Assembly (NCBI GenBank): GCA_964199315.1
Contig: OZ116699.1
Span: 30,938,001 to 31,002,000, forward strand
Reading direction: 5' to 3'
Source: Orbicella franksi
Taxonomy: Eukaryota
Length of the DNA stretch: 64,000 bases
Shown in pieces: positions 12,401 through 23,440 of the stretch. Every line of letters starts with the position of its first letter. Within the stretch, counting starts at the first letter, position 1. A model generated the notes under the pieces. It was not told the origin of the DNA and did no database searches. It saw only the letters and a list, made by a program, of their open reading frames with translations. Position numbers and translations under genes: made by a program.

Positions 12401-15400
12401 CACAGACCACAGAGCCCTTCCAGTGATTCATTTTCCCGCATGCATTGCACCGTTTACCCCATGCAGGACACAATTCTTTTTTCAGAACATGAGTCTGCAA
12501 GCAGAATTTGCACTTGAGCTTTCGTGACTGCGTGGTTTTCCTGTCAGATGATGGTTCAGGGGGGTCACTCCGTTTGCCATTCGCTCTACGTGATTGGTTT
12601 ACCCAGTGGACTTCCTCAACTTTTTCACTCGCACCAATTGCCTGCAGTTGAGTTGTGGCACTTTCAGATGTGCGGCAAATATCAATACATCTCGTTAAAT
12701 CCAGCTTTCGTTCTTGAAGGAGCCTTTTTCTGGCATCGCCATTTCTGATGCCGAGAACAATACGGTCTCGAAGAAGAGAATCAGTCATTCGAGGGCAAGT
12801 GCAAAAGTTACATGTTTCAGCCATGTTTCGTAGTGCGATCAGGTATGCATCGAAGCTTTCGCCGACTTCTTGATTTCTTTGGTTGAACTTGAAGCGTTCA
12901 TACGTCTCGTTGACTTCACCCGTGAAGTACTCGTCAAACTTGGCTATTATGGTGTCAACCTTTTCGGGGTCTTCGCCGGTATTGTACCGAAAGGCGTTGA
13001 AGATCTCCAATGCACCTTGACCGATGGTACAGAGAAAAAGGGCTTTTTGATATTGAGCATCTTGGCTGGTAATCTTCGCTACAACCGCGTAGTTAATCCA
13101 GGTTTGTTTCCATAATTTCCACTTTTTCGGCGAACAGTCCGCAAGGTTGAGTGGAGCAGGAGGTTTTACATGTGGTAATGGCGGGCGATTCGGTTGAGCA
13201 GCGTTCAAGGTTGGTGCAGAAACGGCGTCAGCTTCAACTCCGGTTGCAGGCATGACTTGCAGCGGTTCTGAGCAGATTCTCAACCGCTGCCACCATGTAT
13301 CAATCAGCTATACTCAAGAAAGACGGGACAACAGAAGTCCGGCAAGAAAACACAAGCACAGGCTTTATTTCAAGTGAAGTCCACATGGAACTGACGCCAT
13401 CTAACATACGGGAACTAAATGACGTAACGATGTAACGATATGTCACGCAACATGTCACATAGCCTACATACCAGGCATATTTTTTTTGTGGAGGCGTGGT
13501 GGCCTCCTGGTTAGTGTGCTCATATCCGGATCAAGTGGTCGGGGGCTCAAGCCCTGGCCAGGGACATTGTGTTGTGTTCTTGGGCAAGACACTTTACTCT
13601 TACAGTGCTTCTCTCTACCCAGGTGTATAAATGGGTACCAGCGAATTTAATGGTGGGGGTAAACCCGCAATGGACTCGCATCCCATCCAGGGGGGAGTAG
13701 AAATACTCCTAGTTGCTCCATGCTATAGAAATCAGCATAAGCAATGGCCTGATAGGCCACTTGGCTCATATGCAGACTTTTATAGCCTACATACCTAGCC
13801 CATTTTTCGGTGAGCGAGTGCTGATAAAATATTCTGATCAAGTGTTGAGCCTCCATATTGGATTTGTAATATTCAAGAAGCCTCAAGTGAGCAAAAAAGT
13901 GGACTAGGGGACGGGTAGGGGAAGGATGAATTTCCCAGCCCTCCACTGTTCTACCCTGTCTCCAGCCCCCACTCCCTTCTGCTAAATCCTTCTGGAGGGT
14001 GGCTGTCAACATTTAAGAGTCCAATCTTTAATCTACCCAAAGATTGATCAGTGACAGGTACATAATATATAGATTTAGGCTAGCCTAAAAGCGTAGCTCC
14101 TGGGACGGGTTGTTCAGAGTCTGATTAAGCTAACCCAGGAAAAGGTAGAATTTTGATTTCATGTAACTTTGCGGTGAGGTTTTCTGCATATTGTTTGGCC
14201 TTCTGGTTTGAGTTTTAATAATCACCATATACACAAAACAAAGCAGCAAAAAACATTAATTTGTATAGAAGAAAAAGTTACAATTCCATTAACTTTTAAA
14301 CCTGGGTTAACGTTAACTGGCTTCCAAACAATCCTGCCCTATTTTCAGCAAGTTAAGCTAACATTAACCCACGATCCAATCGAAAACCAGCACTTGGTCA
14401 GCGGTCAACTTAAAAAAAAAAAAACATGAGATCTCGATGACCTGTAAACTTGAGCCCGCGATATGGTCTCGTGATACTATTCAGTGGATACCTTGTTTTG
14501 ACAGGTGTCAATTGATCATAACATGGATGTCCAATATCAAAGAAGTACACAACGTAAACCAAGGCTGCATGTCTCTGTCAACCTATTATTCGGAGTATGG
14601 CTGCCAGGTTGTGCAACTCCGTTGTCGTCGTCACCGTTGTGCGTACGCACCCACAAACAATACCACTAGCCATAATAACCATGAGAAAATCAACTCATGG
14701 GTTTCCTTTTCTTTCCTATATGAGTATGGGGCTCCCCGCCCCTGGAGCTCTGCTATAAATTAAATATTACTGAATGCTACCTGAACAATATTCAAACTAT
14801 AAAATTGTCAACTGCACCTCCATAATAGGATTAGACGCCAAGACCTTCTTTTCAATCTGTGTCTCTGTGGATGCTCCGCCCACTGATGCAAAATACCTCA
14901 TGGCATACTTGGCACTTACTGTCTTACCTGCACCACTCTCGCCGCTCACAATGATTGACTGGTTCAGCCCATCTCTGAATTAGAAAAAGAAAAGAGTGTT
15001 TACAGCTTTAATGTACATCAGTGTATCTCTGTTTGCCACACAATGGAACCCTGTTTTTATAAACTTTTTTTCTTAACATACATGTAGAAATAAGAATTTA
15101 CGACGGGGAAGTAGAGGTGGTGAAGGGTTACAAAAATATTAATTAACAGCAAAAAAAAAAAAAAAACCATCAGAACCTTGAAAAAAATGTTACTTTTAAA
15201 ACTTTAGCATTATTAAATCAACTAAACAAAAACAGAACTTACATGGAAGTAGCTTAGTCCAGAAAAAAAAAGTATTTTTTCCTTTAAAATTTAGCAATGA
15301 AAAGTTCTCTTAATTTAAATTAATTTAACTTTTGCATTTTTGTGACTTTTCAGCACCGGCTAATATAACACTCACACAACTCAATAAAAGCGTGTTGACA

Positions 15401-17593
15401 CTGCTACTGCCGCGCCATAAAAATGTAAATTCATGTGAACACTTCAGGTTTCAAAAATACTTAAACTAAGTTACCTTGCCATGGCTCTAAAAGCATCTTC
15501 AGCAACAGCAAAGATATGTGGATCCATGTCACCCATGGACTGCCCACTGTAGGCAGATATGATGTCTGGCCCATAGAGAGGGAGCTGTTGATAAGGGTTA
15601 ATCGCCACCAGAACAATACCTACAGCCAAAACAGTAACACTGTCAGAAACCACAAGTGCTGAACATATTTAACAGTATGTGTCTTTTATCTCACTGGCAA
15701 AACAATACTAAGCATGGTCTTGCTACATGTGGTTTAAAATATTTATCTTTGGTTTATAAATTTTCAAACCATTTTGATTTCTATTTCTGATTGTATTTTA
15801 ATTATTGCAACTTGAAACAAATGGATATAAAAATTATTAACTGATGTGCACTTTAAACACTACATAGTTTCTGTAATGGCATTTGACAAGATAGAAAAAT
15901 GTATTGTTGCATACCCTTACTTGTTCTGTAAGAGTGATGGCATTGATGAAACAAGATACAGTCAGGGGAGGGTTTATACCCATGGAGTCATAAAACCGGA
16001 ATAGTTTCTGTTTACATTCAGATGGACCTTTAAGTGGGGAGGGGGAGGGAGCCTTCTGACACAGGGGAGGGGTGGGACTTATATCCAAAACTTTACAGTT
16101 GGAAAAGTAGGTCATTATAACCAAAAATCATTTCTCCAACAGAGCATAGAGAAAAACAATTAACTGGGAATAGTGAACTCAATTAACACAGTCAAATCAA
16201 TGACTAAAAACTATTGTCATTTTGTCCTACAAATGTAGGTAATGACAAACCTGTACAATTAAATTGATAATTTGAGGACTTATCTAAAACCTTAAAGAAC
16301 AATGTTTCTCTTTTGCCTTCCTGCAAAATTGCCCAGTTTAAACAATAAAACTGTAACATGCAAACGTCCTTCCAATTTACAAGATATACAAAATGAACTC
16401 ACTAATTTCTTGCTAAATTATGTTTCTGGGGGGATCCGATTTAAACTGATAAAAATTCTAAACCAGAGTGCCATTAAACAAAATGTAAATACGTAACCAA
16501 ATAGAAATGACAGGAATCTTTCCTCGCCCGAGGCAATGTAAAATTTAAATGTCTTTAGGAAGAATGCCATCGTTGAACCAAAACCAAAACAAAAGACTAC
16601 TCGAAATGCTGCTTGATAACAAACACTTTTGCTTCCTTTACAATAAGATATTGCTTGTGCGCTGATTTATCCAGCGAATAAACAGGGCAGCTTACAAACC
16701 TTGAGTGCAATTAGCATCGAGCCAATAACTTCGCGATATGGTTTGGAAGTGATTAAAATTTTAGTTCCAATATTATTTTGCAACACTTGAAGAAAGAATT
16801 TAAGCTTAAACAGCAGGAAATTTTTCATAAACACGGAATGTATACTCACCGCAGTACGTGTATATCGCATTAGACTGAAGGAAACGCACTTGAAGATTGT
16901 ATAACACTAAAAGCGAAAACAAAATAAAGAGAATTAACAAACAGCTTCCAAATAGATTTTTGATTTATACTAGCGGCAACCTTATGTGACAATTTAAAAT
17001 GAAGTTCGTCAGACACAAAATATTCAATGGGTTTCACGAAAAGACAGAACAAAGGAAAACAATTCTTAAGTTCTCGAGAAAAATGTACACAAACAAGAAA
17101 TTGATTGATATAACTAAAGTCTGCATGTACAAACCGGCTGGTTCGTGTAAGTAGCTCAAGGTTGTAAGGTCATTTTCGCCAACAAGGATTTCAGGGTTTC
17201 TCAAAGGAGGGAGCTTTTTCTTGTCCTTAGAAACATCAACAGTTATGTCCTGTCGAGGAGAAACAAATGCAGACTGTCTAAGCTTCCGTAAACACCTCAA
17301 AATAAAAATGAAAACTCCGAACTCTTCCGAAACTAACAAGAACAACATGAAATAATGACAACTTACATTTCCATCTTCCAACTCAATCTCTAGGACACCG
17401 TCCTCTTTTAAATCTTTGGTTAATTCTCCACCAATCCATACAACTTGATCATGAGGTATCCATACCCGAGCTCCCTGAAGAAAGGAAGAGAAACAGACAG
17501 ATAAATTTGCAATTGCGAAATTTGCGCCAGGTACAAGTTGACAACAAACGAAGCCTTGAATAGTACCTTCGTGTACAGTTCTAACGTAGTCAT
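498..17593 (-). CDS. MYO5: Unconventional myosin class V, 5' part (motor domain and first IQ motifs); continues beyond the left edge of the window
   Basis: Exons in transcript order: 17593-17567 (MTTLELYTK), 17474-17367, 17249-17135, 16906-16850, 15619-15475, 14974-14818 (P-loop GESGAGKT), 8605-8380 (NDNSSRFGK), 7783-7569, 7080-6949, 6842-6709 (ending DIYG), 5532-5451, 4998-4858, 4277-4071, 2824-2708, 2090-1794, 1670-1617, 655-498 (IQ motifs [16 protein letters not shown]). All are GT-AG with consistent phase, about 790 codons. The N-terminal ELYTKGARVWIP and [14 protein letters not shown] are class V-like. Confidence 0.95.
1135..1566. mobile_element. Foldback non-autonomous element
   Basis: Imperfect palindrome about 1138-1246 (AATCATACGGTTT...AAACCGTATGATT); roughly 20 bp tandem unit TGCACTGGTGTTACAC at about 1451-1506; CCAATC at 1528-1533. 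Confidence 0.7.
3213..3362. repeat. Imperfect palindrome (foldback element remnant)
   Basis: GTGTTTGACCACATTTCCAAAC / GTTCGGAAATGTGGCCAAACAC arms. Confidence 0.6.
5694..6040. mobile_element. Foldback non-autonomous element
   Basis: GATTGG at 5736-5741; imperfect palindrome about 5848-6040 (AATAGCCTCCATTTGGGG...CCCCAAATGGAGGTTATT). Confidence 0.7.
8666..8829 (-). repeat. 3' LTR of the Gypsy element
   Basis: Direct repeat of 13296-13459; contains AATAAA on the minus strand (8739-8734). Confidence 0.97.
9153..13253 (-). CDS. Gag-Pol polyprotein of the Gypsy element (two Zn knuckles, protease, RT, RNase H, integrase), interrupted by one in-frame TGA at 9410-9408
   Basis: First ATG at 13253. 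Knuckles CKFCLQTH..C and [10 protein letters not shown]; protease QIDCGAT; [11 protein letters not shown]; RNase [11 protein letters not shown]; integrase HASH..CEPC with DLF/DNG/E. After the TGA the frame continues 84 codons (NRVHLKR...[18 protein letters not shown]) to a stop at 9155-9153. Confidence 0.93.
13296..13459 (-). repeat. 5' LTR of the Gypsy element
   Basis: Direct repeat of 8666-8829; followed on the minus strand by the PBS. Confidence 0.97.
13490..13782 (+). mobile_element. tRNA-derived SINE, family 1
   Basis: A-box-like TGGCCTCCTGGTTAG, B-box-like GGCTCAAGCCC, core TGTGTTGTGTTCTTGGGCAAGACACTTT; related pieces at 34745-35152 and 55590-55745. Confidence 0.75.
14062..14756 (+). 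mobile_element. Composite non-autonomous element, copy 1 (myosin intron 6)
   Basis: Aligns end to end with 35161-35884; starts ATAGATTTAGGC..AGCGTAGCTCC, ends GGAGCTCTGCTAT; carries an internal GGGTTGTTCA...AATCCTGCCC MITE. Confidence 0.8.
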
Positions 17594-18309
17594 TTTCAGG
17601 CGTTTTAAATTCTATATATCCATTTAAGATGTTAAGATGTACTATAAACATCCTGCAAAGAGTTTCCACGCTAAAATAGCGTAGAAATATGTGACAGAAT
17701 TCGGCTCAACCACCGCCATTTCGAGAGTCTTGGAGCTCCAGGAGGATAACCGCTGACCAACTGTACACTTGTTCCTTCTGTCAGAAAAATACTTCTAGCA
17801 GGAAAAAAGTTGAAACATATAAATCAAAATAGCTACAATAGTATACATGACATTTTTGAAGATATAGACCTTTAAATCTGCATAAAGAGGCCAGAGTATT
17901 GACGTCACAGCCTTCATATTGCGTCGTACAGACTTGTCATTTTACATTTTGTTCCTTGCTGGGACAGATCTTTTCAGCGAGTGTCTGATTCGCGCGCGCC
18001 TAATTTGGAGAGAAAAGTGGAAATAAACTCAAGGGTTTGAAGATTAAAATCTAGGTGAAAAGCTCATGCGTCAGTATAGACTTCTAAAAGCGATGAGTCG
18101 GCCGGCGGGCCAGTAAAACAACAGCAATAGCGATATTAATAAATATTTCGAAGTCAGTGAAGGTCTGCATGATTCTCCTCACCACTGAAGCGTCGCAACA
18201 GGTGACTTCGCAAGGTGTTTGAAGAGTCGTTAGAAGAAGTTTGATTAGATGATCGAGTTCCTTAAGATATGCTTTATAAAGTAATGAATAGCTAGAGAAA
18301 CAAAGGAAA

Positions 18310-18636
18310 AAAAGAGAGTAAGCTTATACATTTAAGCAATAGAGAACTTTTTCTGTGTTTACGTAGCCTCATCTGAACACAAGGTGGGTTGGGAGAATTC
18401 GAGACTGTTATTCAAACCCGAGACGTAGTCGAGGGTTTGCATAACTTTCGAGAAATCTCCCAGCCCCACGAGTGTTATGTAATCGAGGCTATGTAAACAC
18501 GAAAAAAAGTCTCTATTGCCTTTATAGAGTAATTCTCATAAAATACGCGCGAATCTAAAACGTCACAACCGTGTTTAGATACTCTCATCTAAACACTACC
18601 AATGAAAACGCGCGTAGTAGCTCAGTTATTTTATAG
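18310..18636. mobile_element. Foldback non-autonomous element
   Basis: Palindrome about 18338-18516 (TGTGTTTACGTAGCCTC...GAGGCTATGTAAACAC); CCAAT at 18599-18603 near the other end. Confidence 0.65.
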
Positions 18637-18984
18637 TTAATTGTGTCAAGAGTCAATGAGAGTTACTGGTATCCCAAAAAGCTCGTCCGTCGAAGGTTAA
18701 TATTGGCCTAGACTTTGTTTTTCTTTTTTTAAACCACAAACATTATCATTTTGGGCGGCCGTAATGTACGTGACTGGGATACTTCGATTTTTACCGTAAA
18801 TTTGTACAACTTGATACTTTTGACCACTTTTGTTTTTCATGCAAATACAAACGTTTCCATACTTTTCGTGAAAACTTCAATGTAGTTTGATACTTTTGCT
18901 TTTCTTGCCAACGCAAGCTGAGGGTGTCAATGGGGTTACACGTCAACAAGTCTAAAACTTGACCGTGGTCAACAGTCAATCAAC

Positions 18985-19137
18985 AGTGGCGGATCCAGAC
19001 CTTGAGCTAAGGGAGGAGGGCGGCGGGGCGGTTTTGTTTTGCCTGCTCTGCCGGCTTTTCTTTCTTCTGCGATTTCTTCTCTTTTTACCCACAATAGTTG
19101 GGGGCGGGGCCTCCGGGCCCCTCCCCTAGATCAACCG
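18985..19137. mobile_element. Short GC-rich hAT-like MITE
   Basis: CAGTGGCGGATCCAG ... CCCCTAGATC ends with G/C-rich subterminal runs; related element at about 4478-4637. Confidence 0.45.
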
Positions 19138-19329
19138 TCAACCGTCAAGGAAGCCGATCATCCGGCAACTCTGCTCGCTCAATTCAAAGGGTAGCATAAT
19201 AAAGAATCCTGTCACATACTCAATCAAGTTCATGCCAGTTTCAATATTCCCAAGTAAACCGGTTGTCTGCTATTTGTTGTTTCCTCTCGTCATTCGCAGC
19301 AGAAATGTAAACAAACGAACAAGTCGACA

Positions 19330-20830
19330 TATTCCTCTGTCTTCACTGTGGTGCCTGGATACGTTGTCCGAATGTTGCCAATGAACCTGTTACAATCGAT
19401 AAGGACTTGTACATATATGTTCGCTGGTTTTCGCGCGCAATCGTTTATGATCATTGAAACTTGGAAACGCCGAAGACTATGCTGGTTTGCCAGACTCACT
19501 TTTCTTTCAACGGGAACTTTTACGATCAAACCTGTGACGGGATAGCTATGGGTCTCCCCCTACCCTTCGCACCCATTCTCGGGTCACCATAAAAAGGATT
19601 TGGTTAGAAAAATGCGAGGACCATGCCCTGAAGTTATTTTCTATCGTAGATATGTAGGTGATCAGTATGTTTTGTTTATTTATCAACGAGAATGATGCCT
19701 TGTCTTTTTTTATCATATAATTCACAACATGCCATATTAACATAAGTTTACTCTGGAGACGGAGGCAATACACAAATGACCTTTTTTAGATATTCTTATC
19801 GACAACAGTCGCACTGTATTCATCAGTTACATCAGTGTTTCATAAGAATACCAGGCTTCTCGCTTCTCACTTCTTTTTCCGGCTATACAAAGTTGGTCTC
19901 ATCCGTACATCGGAAGACGAGGCCTTGAAATAACAACACTTAGAACGTTTTTCATTCTGAAATTCGACAATTAACTTCTATTTTGATGAAAAAACAATTT
20001 TCTTGTATTATTATGCGAAGGGCAGTTAATTGTAATCGTTAGAAGTTCTACAACGCCCCCAACTAAGTCATACTGGGAGGAATATTTCAAAGATTTAAAG
20101 AGGGTTTCTTCAAATAAACGTTTATTGAGGCCCCTTTCCTCTTGGAGCACAAGGGAGACCGTGATCATCGCTGAAACTAGGATTTGCACATAAGGTTAGC
20201 TTTTACTTCTCATAAGTAAAAAAAAAAAAAAACGTTTAGTGTGAAGGATTCGATTCCCAATGCGTCACCTTCTCTGATCTGGTGGTATAGAAATTTAAAT
20301 GGGCTGCCTGCCAGTTATGTCATGTCGGTGAAGGTTCGTGTACACTTGACACTTTCGGATCGTACTTAATTCCCATATTAACAAACATTTGCAGGGTTCA
20401 GGTTTGCAAGAATCTATGTTATATGGAATATTTTCCCATGTTGTCAAACCGTGGACTCGGCGTCCATTAGCTTCCAACTAAAGATTAAGAAGCCCTCCAA
20501 ATAGACTGGGAACGCCCAGCCCTGGACAAAAACATTAATTTGACACTTAATTTAGTTTTCATTATTTAGTCTTCCTTGTTTTTTCGTTTCCTTGTTTGGT
20601 ATCGTAACTCCTGGGAATTGCATAATATTTTCGGCAGTTTCGTATTCGTTTCGAGTCCTTTGTGGTCGCTTTTTCGATCATTCCTTTTGTATTATATTCA
20701 AGAATTTGTATCGTGTTTATTGCAATTAGCTTCGTTTCTATTCTTTACAAGCACTTCTTTGTTATCTACTTTGCATATTACTAGTCACATATTGTAATTA
20801 AGCATCCTTAAACTAATGATGAATACTGAA
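19330..20830 (+). mobile_element. Degenerate Penelope-like retroelement (RT + GIY-YIG endonuclease)
   Basis: Frameshifted remnants: FSFNGNFYDQ..GIAMGSPL (19500-19565), FYRRYV(D)D, KFTLETE..PFLDILID, YKFK..ASYV (20290), RVRVHL..SHINKHLQGS, DSASISFQLKIK..IDWERP (20455-20520); AT-rich tail ending CTAATGATGAATACTGAAG. Confidence 0.8.
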
Positions 20831-20831
20831 G

Positions 20832-21328
20832 TACAGTGAAACCTGTATTAAGCGAACACCCTTGGGACCCTCACTAGTGTCTGCTTAATACAGGGTGTCT
20901 GCTCAAAAGAGGTTCTAACATATTGTCCAATAATAGTTAATTATTAATCCTTTTGTAACACAGCGTAACACAGTGTAAGATCAAAGACTAGCTAAGGCTA
21001 CTCATAGTACAATGTCAGTCAATGCATCAATGTCAGTCAATGCATCAATCTGGAATAGTCACTTAGCTTTAAAACGACATCGCTGAACAATGTTAAAGGA
21101 GTCCGAGGTGAAACTTTAGAAGTAAACTGCCCTAGTCGGCTTATTGCAGGTTTTGTGCAACAAAATGTCTTAATATTGGTGTCCGCGTCCGCTTAACAGA
21201 GGTGTCCGCTGAATGCAGATTTATCTTACAGTAAATGTGGGACTGGAGAAAATTTTGGGACTCAAGCTGGTGTCCACTCAATAAAGGGTGTCCGCTTAAT
21301 ATGGGGCCCACTTAATACAGGTTTCGCT
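20832..21328. mobile_element. Tc1/mariner-pogo-like MITE
   Basis: TA then CAGTGAAACCTGTATTAAG at left; CTTAATACAGGTTTCGCT at right; internal GTGTCCGCTTAA subrepeats. The right end abuts a LINE tail. Confidence 0.7.
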
Positions 21329-23440
21329 TCAACTTCAACTCAAATTCACTTTATTTTGCACTTACATTTTGAAATTACAATATTAGCATAAAAAAAAAAA
21401 AAAGATACATATATAACAATTAAAGGTGACAATGGTATTGTCAAGCAAATTGATTTAGATCTTTAAACTTGTATGATATTTCTTGCCAAAGATCAATGAC
21501 CATAAATGAGATCATTTGTTTGCCAGTATTTGTTTTAACTCGGAATTTGTGAAGATTTTGATTGCCCGCATACCTGGTGTTACAATTATGTACGTTGCTG
21601 GCATACTGGAAAAAATGGTTAAAGAGTTCTGGCAAAATACCTTTGTGCCATGCATGTATGAATTTGAGAGCATGCAGGCGATATACATTTGTTATCGTTA
21701 AGATTTCCAAGATATTAAGTAAAGGTAGAGCACTATCGGTATTTTTGCCAGATAAAGTTGCAAAGAACATTGAAGTGAAAGACTTTATTTAATGAGGGTG
21801 ACCCGTTAACATTAACCTAATAACATAAGTTTGCTTAGTTTGTATTTTTGTAAATTTTTTTGCTGGTGCTGCCCTAGATTACAATAGCATACGAAATATA
21901 AGGATAAATAACTGAGATTTTAATTGATCTGCGTAAGATGTTTGAAAAGTAGATAATGCCTTAACTTAGAGATTACTCCTGTATTCCGTGAAAACTTCGC
22001 ACATACATACGAGATGTGGCATTTCCAAGTTAAAGAACTGTCGATCATTGTTTCCAAATGTTTAATGTGGTCCTTTTGTTCTATGGAGTGGCATGATCCA
22101 TCTCGGTTAGTTATATTTATATTAACATTCGTGTTCTTTTTCCTTTGAGATTTTACGATCATGTAATTGGTTTTCTTCCGATGTATTTTGTTTCGATGTT
22201 TTCTTTCGACTTGTTTCTGCCACACCATTCCTTAACTTTTTTTAGTTCTGAAATCATTTGCAATCCTAATGATTTTAAATCTTTTGCAGAAGCAAACAAG
22301 TTAGTATCGTCCGCAAATATCTTAAATGAAAGGACCTCAGAGCAATTAGGGAGGTCGTTGATGTATATCAAAAATAGGAAAGGACCTAACGAACTTCCTT
22401 GAGGGACACCGCAGACCACGGTTTGATAGGACGACTCAGTATCACCCAAGGCGACGTATTGTTTCCTTTTTGTAAGATCACTTTCAAACCAGGCCAGCGG
22501 TACCCCTATTATTCCGTATGATTCTAATTTTTGTAGAAGGATGCTGTGGTTAACCGTATCAAAAGCTTTCGAAAAGTCTAAGAAAATTCCACATGTATAC
22601 AGATTGTTGTCAATTGCTTTTCTTAAAGTATCCGCAATTTCAGTTATGGCTTGAGCGGTGGACCTTACCCTTGCGAAATCCAAATTGATATTCAAAAAGA
22701 ATGTCAAGTTTCTCAGCTCGAAATAGGAAATAAGTAGTTTGTAAACCAGTTTTTCAAATATTTGTGGAAGGGCTGACAGTGTTGAAATAGGACGGAAGTT
22801 CGTCGGGCCAATTATCTCGCCTCCTTTATCAACCGGCGTAATCTTTGATATTTTGAGAAGATTTGGCATAATTCCTTGCGAGAGCGATAAGTTGGAAAGT
22901 CTAGCTAGGGGTTCACTCATAAAATTGAATGCTAACTTAATGCACCTGGGGGGCGTACCTATAAAAGACTTATTTAGTTTTAGCCCAATCAACGCATCCT
23001 GAACTTCGAGATTGTAAATACCGCTGAACGTGACTGTTTTGGAGTCGCCCACGAATGAAATTAGTAGGACTTATATTGTAATTTGGGAGCTGTGCCGCGA
23101 AGTCTTGCCCAACATTTATAAAGTGACTGTTTAACTGACGACAAATACTTGCCTTATCATTGTAACACTTTCCTTTATATAAGAGTTTTTGAATTAACGT
23201 ACCCTGTTGGGCTTTCTTTCTGTTTATAATCGTTCCTATCAACTTCCACGTTGCTTTTAAGTTATCACTAAACATTTTAAATTGAGTTTTGAAGTAGTTT
23301 GTCTTTGAAGCTTCTTTTATTTTGTTCAGCTTTTTATTGTATTTCTTATAGTCTTTAACTTTGTTTGGGTCATTACTTATCCCAAACATGTTTTCTTTGT
23401 GTCTTTTGTTTTTTTTTTTAATGTTTAACTTCTTTCTCAC
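21329..23440 (-). mobile_element. 5'-truncated, degenerate CR1/L2-clade LINE (ORF2 RT region to 3' tail)
   Basis: ORF fragments 23440-22970, 23052-22159 (FRPIS, GIFLDFSKAFDTVNH, GVPQGSSLGPFLFLIYINDL, FADDTNL), 22228-21920 and 21770-21441; AATAAA and a short TTGAAG-repeat tail near 21330-21350. Confidence 0.9.

Larger units (their letters stand above)
8666..13459 (-). mobile_element. Gypsy/Ty3 LTR retrotransposon (Mag-like), near full length, inserted in myosin V intron 6
   Basis: 164 bp LTRs at 8666-8829 and 13296-13459 (TG...CA on the minus strand, 2 mismatches). TSD TAGCC at 8661-8665 and 13460-13464. PBS TGGTGGCAGCGGT (13295-13283) is complementary to a tRNA-Leu 3' end. Polypurine tract GGGGGAGA lies next to the 3' LTR. 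Single gag-pol ORF. Confidence 0.97.

Noticed and set aside
9446-13115. Many plus-strand ORFs over the Gypsy element
   Set aside because: Antisense shadows of the gag-pol ORF, with no domain signatures.
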